This document shows, one piece after another, positions 29,398-32,000 of a stretch of DNA of 32,000 nt. Source of the stretch: Demequinaceae bacterium (GTDB lineage Bacteria; Actinomycetota; Actinomycetes; Actinomycetales; Demequinaceae); assembly GCA_965250005.1 (NCBI GenBank), contig OZ252279.1, forward strand, positions 1,410,001 to 1,442,000, given 5' to 3'. The first letter of the stretch is position 1; every line of letters starts with the position of its first letter. A program made the position numbers and the translations under genes. The notes below the pieces were generated by a model that had not been told where the DNA came from, made no database searches, and saw only the letters and a list, made by a program, of their open reading frames with translations.

Positions 29398-29595
29398 TTC
29401 GCGCCGACCGCGCAGCTCGCCGCGACGACGGTAACGGTCCGCCGGGACGCTTGGGGAGCAGCGAGTACGGATTGCGGGTGCCGCGAGGTACAGTGGAGCC
29501 CGGCCGACGACGGCCGACCCCCTCGCAAATAGCCGCAGGCAATTGCCTGCGCGCGCGCCTGCACGGATTGCGGCGCTCCTACCGAACGGAAATCT

Positions 29596-31092
29596 GTGTC
29601 CTTGCCTAACCCCGCGCGCCCCGCGCGGATTTCCCGACCGGCGTGGCTTTCGCCGCGCGTATTCCGAACCGAAGTACTATCCGGGCTCGTGGTCGCACTC
29701 GCACTCATCCCCGAGGCAATCTCGTTCTCAGTGATTGCCGGCGTTGACCCGCGCGTTGGGCTGTTCGCCTCTTTCACTATGGCTGTCTCCATCTCTTTCC
29801 TTGGCGGCCGTTCGGCCATGATCTCCGCTGCGACGGCTGCCGTTGCGCTAGTGGTTGCGCCACTTGCCCGTGAGTACGGGCTCGAGTACCTGATCGCCGC
29901 AGTGATTCTTGGCGGCGTACTCCAAGTTGCTCTAGCCGCGCTTGGCGTCGCTAAACTCATGCGCTTCATTCCGCGGTCGGTCATGATCGGGTTCGTCAAC
30001 GCATTGGCGATTCTCATTCTTATGGCCCAGGTACCGCACCTGACGAGCGTGCCCTGGGCTGTATATGCAATGGCAGCGGCGGGACTGATCGTGATCGCAT
30101 TCTTGCCGCGAATCACCACGGTCGTTCCCGCGCCGCTGGTGGCGATCGTGGGCATCACCGTGATTACTGTGGTCTTCGCGATTGCTGTCCCAACGGTCGG
30201 GGACGAGGGGACGCTACCCGACGGGCTGCCGACGCTGCTCTTCCCGGACGTTCCGCTGACCTCCGAAACGCTGAACATCATCTTCCCCTTCGCGATGGGC
30301 GTGGCCCTCGTCGGCCTGCTGGAATCGCTCATGACGGCCAAGTTGGTTGACGACATCACGGACAACCACTCTGACAAGACTCGCGAGGCGTGGGGTCAGG
30401 GCGCAGCCAACATCATCACCGGATTCTTTGGTGGCATGGGCGGTTGCGCGATGATCGGCCAGACCATGATCAACGTCAAGGCGGGACGCGCACGCACGCG
30501 CCTGTCGACCTTCATGGCAGGCGTGTTCCTGCTAGTCCTGGTGGTCGCGTTGGGCGACGTCGTCGCGATGATCCCGATGGCGGCGCTTGTGGCCGTCATG
30601 ATCTATGTGTCATGGGCCACGTTCGACTGGCATTCGATTCAAGTCGCGACGCTTCGCCGGATGCCCAAGTCCGAGACGATGGTGATGGTCGCCACCGTCG
30701 TCACCGTCGTGATTACGCACAACCTCGCTATTGGAGTGTTGGTCGGCGTGGTGCTTGAAATGATCATGTTCGCTCGCCGCGTCGCGCACCTCGCTCAGGT
30801 GGATGGCGTCCTCGAGGCTGACGGCGCTATCAAGCGCTACCGCGTTACTGGAGAGTTGTTCTTCGCCTCTTCCAACGACCTCTTCAGCCAATTCGAGTAC
30901 GGAAGCGACCCCGCTCACGTCGTCATTGACCTTACGGAGTCGCATGTGTGGGATGCGTCGACTGTTGCTGCTCTTGACTCGGTGATCACTAAGTACGAGC
31001 GCCGCGGCATCACCGTCGAGCTCCAGGGACTTAACGACACGAGCATGGACATGCGCGACCGCCTGGCAGGCCATCTGGCTGGAAGCCATTAG
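29596..31092 (+). CDS. SulP-family inorganic anion transporter with C-terminal STAS domain
   Basis: 498 aa with the N-terminal motif LSGLVVALALIPEAISFSVIAGV, about 10-12 TM helices and a C-terminal STAS region (YRVTGELFFASSNDL...VVIDLTESHVWDASTVAALDSV). GTG start. The antisense 327-aa ORF at 29394..30377 is a shadow frame. Confidence 0.85.
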   Translation: MSLPNPARPARISRPAWLSPRVFRTEVLSGLVVALALIPEAISFSVIAGVDPRVGLFASFTMAVSISFLGGRSAMISAATAAVALVVAPLAREYGLEYLIAAVILGGVLQVALAALGVAKLMRFIPRSVMIGFVNALAILILMAQVPHLTSVPWAVYAMAAAGLIVIAFLPRITTVVPAPLVAIVGITVITVVFAIAVPTVGDEGTLPDGLPTLLFPDVPLTSETLNIIFPFAMGVALVGLLESLMTAKLVDDITDNHSDKTREAWGQGAANIITGFFGGMGGCAMIGQTMINVKAGRARTRLSTFMAGVFLLVLVVALGDVVAMIPMAALVAVMIYVSWATFDWHSIQVATLRRMPKSETMVMVATVVTVVITHNLAIGVLVGVVLEMIMFARRVAHLAQVDGVLEADGAIKRYRVTGELFFASSNDLFSQFEYGSDPAHVVIDLTESHVWDASTVAALDSVITKYERRGITVELQGLNDTSMDMRDRLAGHLAGSH

Positions 31093-31235
31093 GCGGAACC
31101 GCCCAGGGAGCACGCCTACACCGTTGATCGTTGACACCCCGAACGGCGCTGTCAATGTCACGATCGGGCAGAGTCCGTGGCTGTTCGGGATAGTCTGTCT
31201 GCAGAAAGCGCGCATGCGCTGAACGAGGAGAAGTC

Positions 31236-32000
31236 ATGAACGCGGAAAACCCGGCCAACCCGGGACCGACGGAGGCGTTCCAGCCCCCGCCAGCTCGCCC
31301 GGTGGCCCCGGCACCGACACAACCCGTTGCTGGCGCGCCTGCGCAGTTCCCTCCGAGCGTCCGACCGACCGCGCAACAGCCATCGCAACAGCAACCGGTG
31401 GCGAGCGCTGCGGGCCAGCAAGGCACCGGGGGCGCCGCGCGACCCCCCGCACAACGGCCGGCGCACCCCGGCACACCTCAAGTCGCACCCCCGCCTCCGC
31501 AGGCCGCTCCGGCCACCGGGGCGCAGCCAGCCCCAGCGCCTAGGACGGGCGCGATTCAGCCGTCACGCACGCAGCCGGTACCCGCCGCCCAGCCGGGCAA
31601 GCCCGCGCAACCGACACCCGGCGCACAACCGACGACAACCCAGACCGGAACCGGGCCGCGACGCGCGACGTTTAAGACCACGGGATCAATTAGGACAACG
31701 CAGGCCGAGGTCAAGGAAGAGCCCAAGAAGAGCCGGTTTGCCGCGCTGGCGAACCTGGGCCGCGGCGACAAACAGGACGTGACCGACACTGAACCCAAGC
31801 GTTCTCCCAAGGGTGGACCCCGCAAGGTTCGCGTGATGGTGAGGAGCGTCGACCCGTGGTCGATCATGAAACTCGCGTTCCTGCTCGCGGTCTCTGCGGG
31901 AATCATGTTCGTGGTTGCCGTGAGTATCGTTTGGGGCGTACTCAACAATATGGGCGTGTTCGACCAGATTCAGGAGCAAATCACGACGCTCTTTGGCGGC
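31236..32000 (+). CDS. DUF3566-type membrane protein (Rv0007 position); 3' end lies beyond the right window edge
   Basis: Absent from the ORF track because it runs off the edge. ATG 31236 is preceded by GAGGAG 5 nt upstream, and the frame stays open to 32000. A Pro/Gln/Ala/Thr-rich region of about 190 aa is followed by RKVRVMVRSVDPWSIMKLAFLLAVSAGIMFVVAVSIVWGVLNNMGVF, the conserved DUF3566 start found downstream of gyrA in Actinobacteria. Confidence 0.7.
   Translation, partial: MNAENPANPGPTEAFQPPPARPVAPAPTQPVAGAPAQFPPSVRPTAQQPSQQQPVASAAGQQGTGGAARPPAQRPAHPGTPQVAPPPPQAAPATGAQPAPAPRTGAIQPSRTQPVPAAQPGKPAQPTPGAQPTTTQTGTGPRRATFKTTGSIRTTQAEVKEEPKKSRFAALANLGRGDKQDVTDTEPKRSPKGGPRKVRVMVRSVDPWSIMKLAFLLAVSAGIMFVVAVSIVWGVLNNMGVFDQIQEQITTLFGG

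Noticed and set aside
29501-29516. A hairpin with an ACGA tetraloop upstream of a transporter, which could be a guanidine-II (mini-ykkC) riboswitch
   Set aside because: That motif requires two similar ACGR-loop hairpins, and only one convincing hairpin is present. The nearby ACGA at about 29428 cannot form more than a 2-bp stem. SulP is also not a typical regulated gene for that class.
29398-29595. tRNA genes expected downstream of gyrA/Rv0007 by analogy with mycobacteria (tRNA-Ile, tRNA-Ala)
   Set aside because: I found no T-loop (GGTTCGAATCC-like) or cloverleaf-compatible sequence in this spacer, in the 31093-31235 spacer, or anywhere else in the window.
31131-31158. TTGACA ... TGTCAA inverted repeat (6-bp arms, 13-nt spacer), read as a possible -35 element or operator upstream of the DUF3566 gene
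   Set aside because: The arms are short, and no acceptable -10 lies at 16-19 bp spacing (AATGTC/ATGTCA). This is too weak to call.

Overview
This window is the chromosomal replication-origin and partition neighbourhood of a high-GC Actinomycetota-type genome. Gene order, left to right, is: LysE-family exporter (cut by the window edge), acyltransferase-3, DUF805, MFS transporter, cca, NUDIX hydrolase, DUF6049, murJ, a stand-alone pseudokinase, a trxB-trxA fusion, a PLP aminotransferase, ddl, parB, parA, rsmG, jag, yidC, yidD, rnpA, rpmH, dnaA, oriC, dnaN, recF, DUF721/DciA, gyrB, gyrA, a SulP/STAS transporter and a DUF3566 protein (cut by the window edge). This matches the mycobacterial Rv3907c..Rv0007 synteny with a few differences. 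Three real genes are missing from the ORF track and were recovered by hand: the edge-truncated LysE gene, rpmH (45 aa) and the edge-truncated DUF3566 gene. Non-coding elements readable directly from the sequence are two parS sites flanking rsmG, a DnaA box in the dnaA promoter region, and an oriC core between dnaA and dnaN made of tandem DnaA boxes, a GC spacer, DnaA-trios and an AT-rich tract. There is also a SigH/SigR-type promoter upstream of trxB-trxA, a GNRA-capped intrinsic terminator after it, and three TANNNT-N6-ATG arrangements that suggest leaderless mRNAs. I found no tRNA or rRNA genes, CRISPR arrays, IS elements, integrases, toxin-antitoxin pairs or defence-system signatures. This is a core housekeeping region and I cannot support a claim that it holds a novel system. 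The points most worth a second look are the trxB-trxA fusion with its redox-sigma promoter, the uncharacterised DUF6049 protein translationally coupled to murJ, the split murJ/pseudokinase arrangement, the aminotransferase+ddl pair sitting where mycobacteria carry cwlM, and a repeat- and palindrome-rich 200-bp spacer upstream of the SulP transporter. Many long Arg/Pro/Ala-rich ORFs in the track are antisense or out-of-frame shadows of real genes, as is typical of high-GC DNA.
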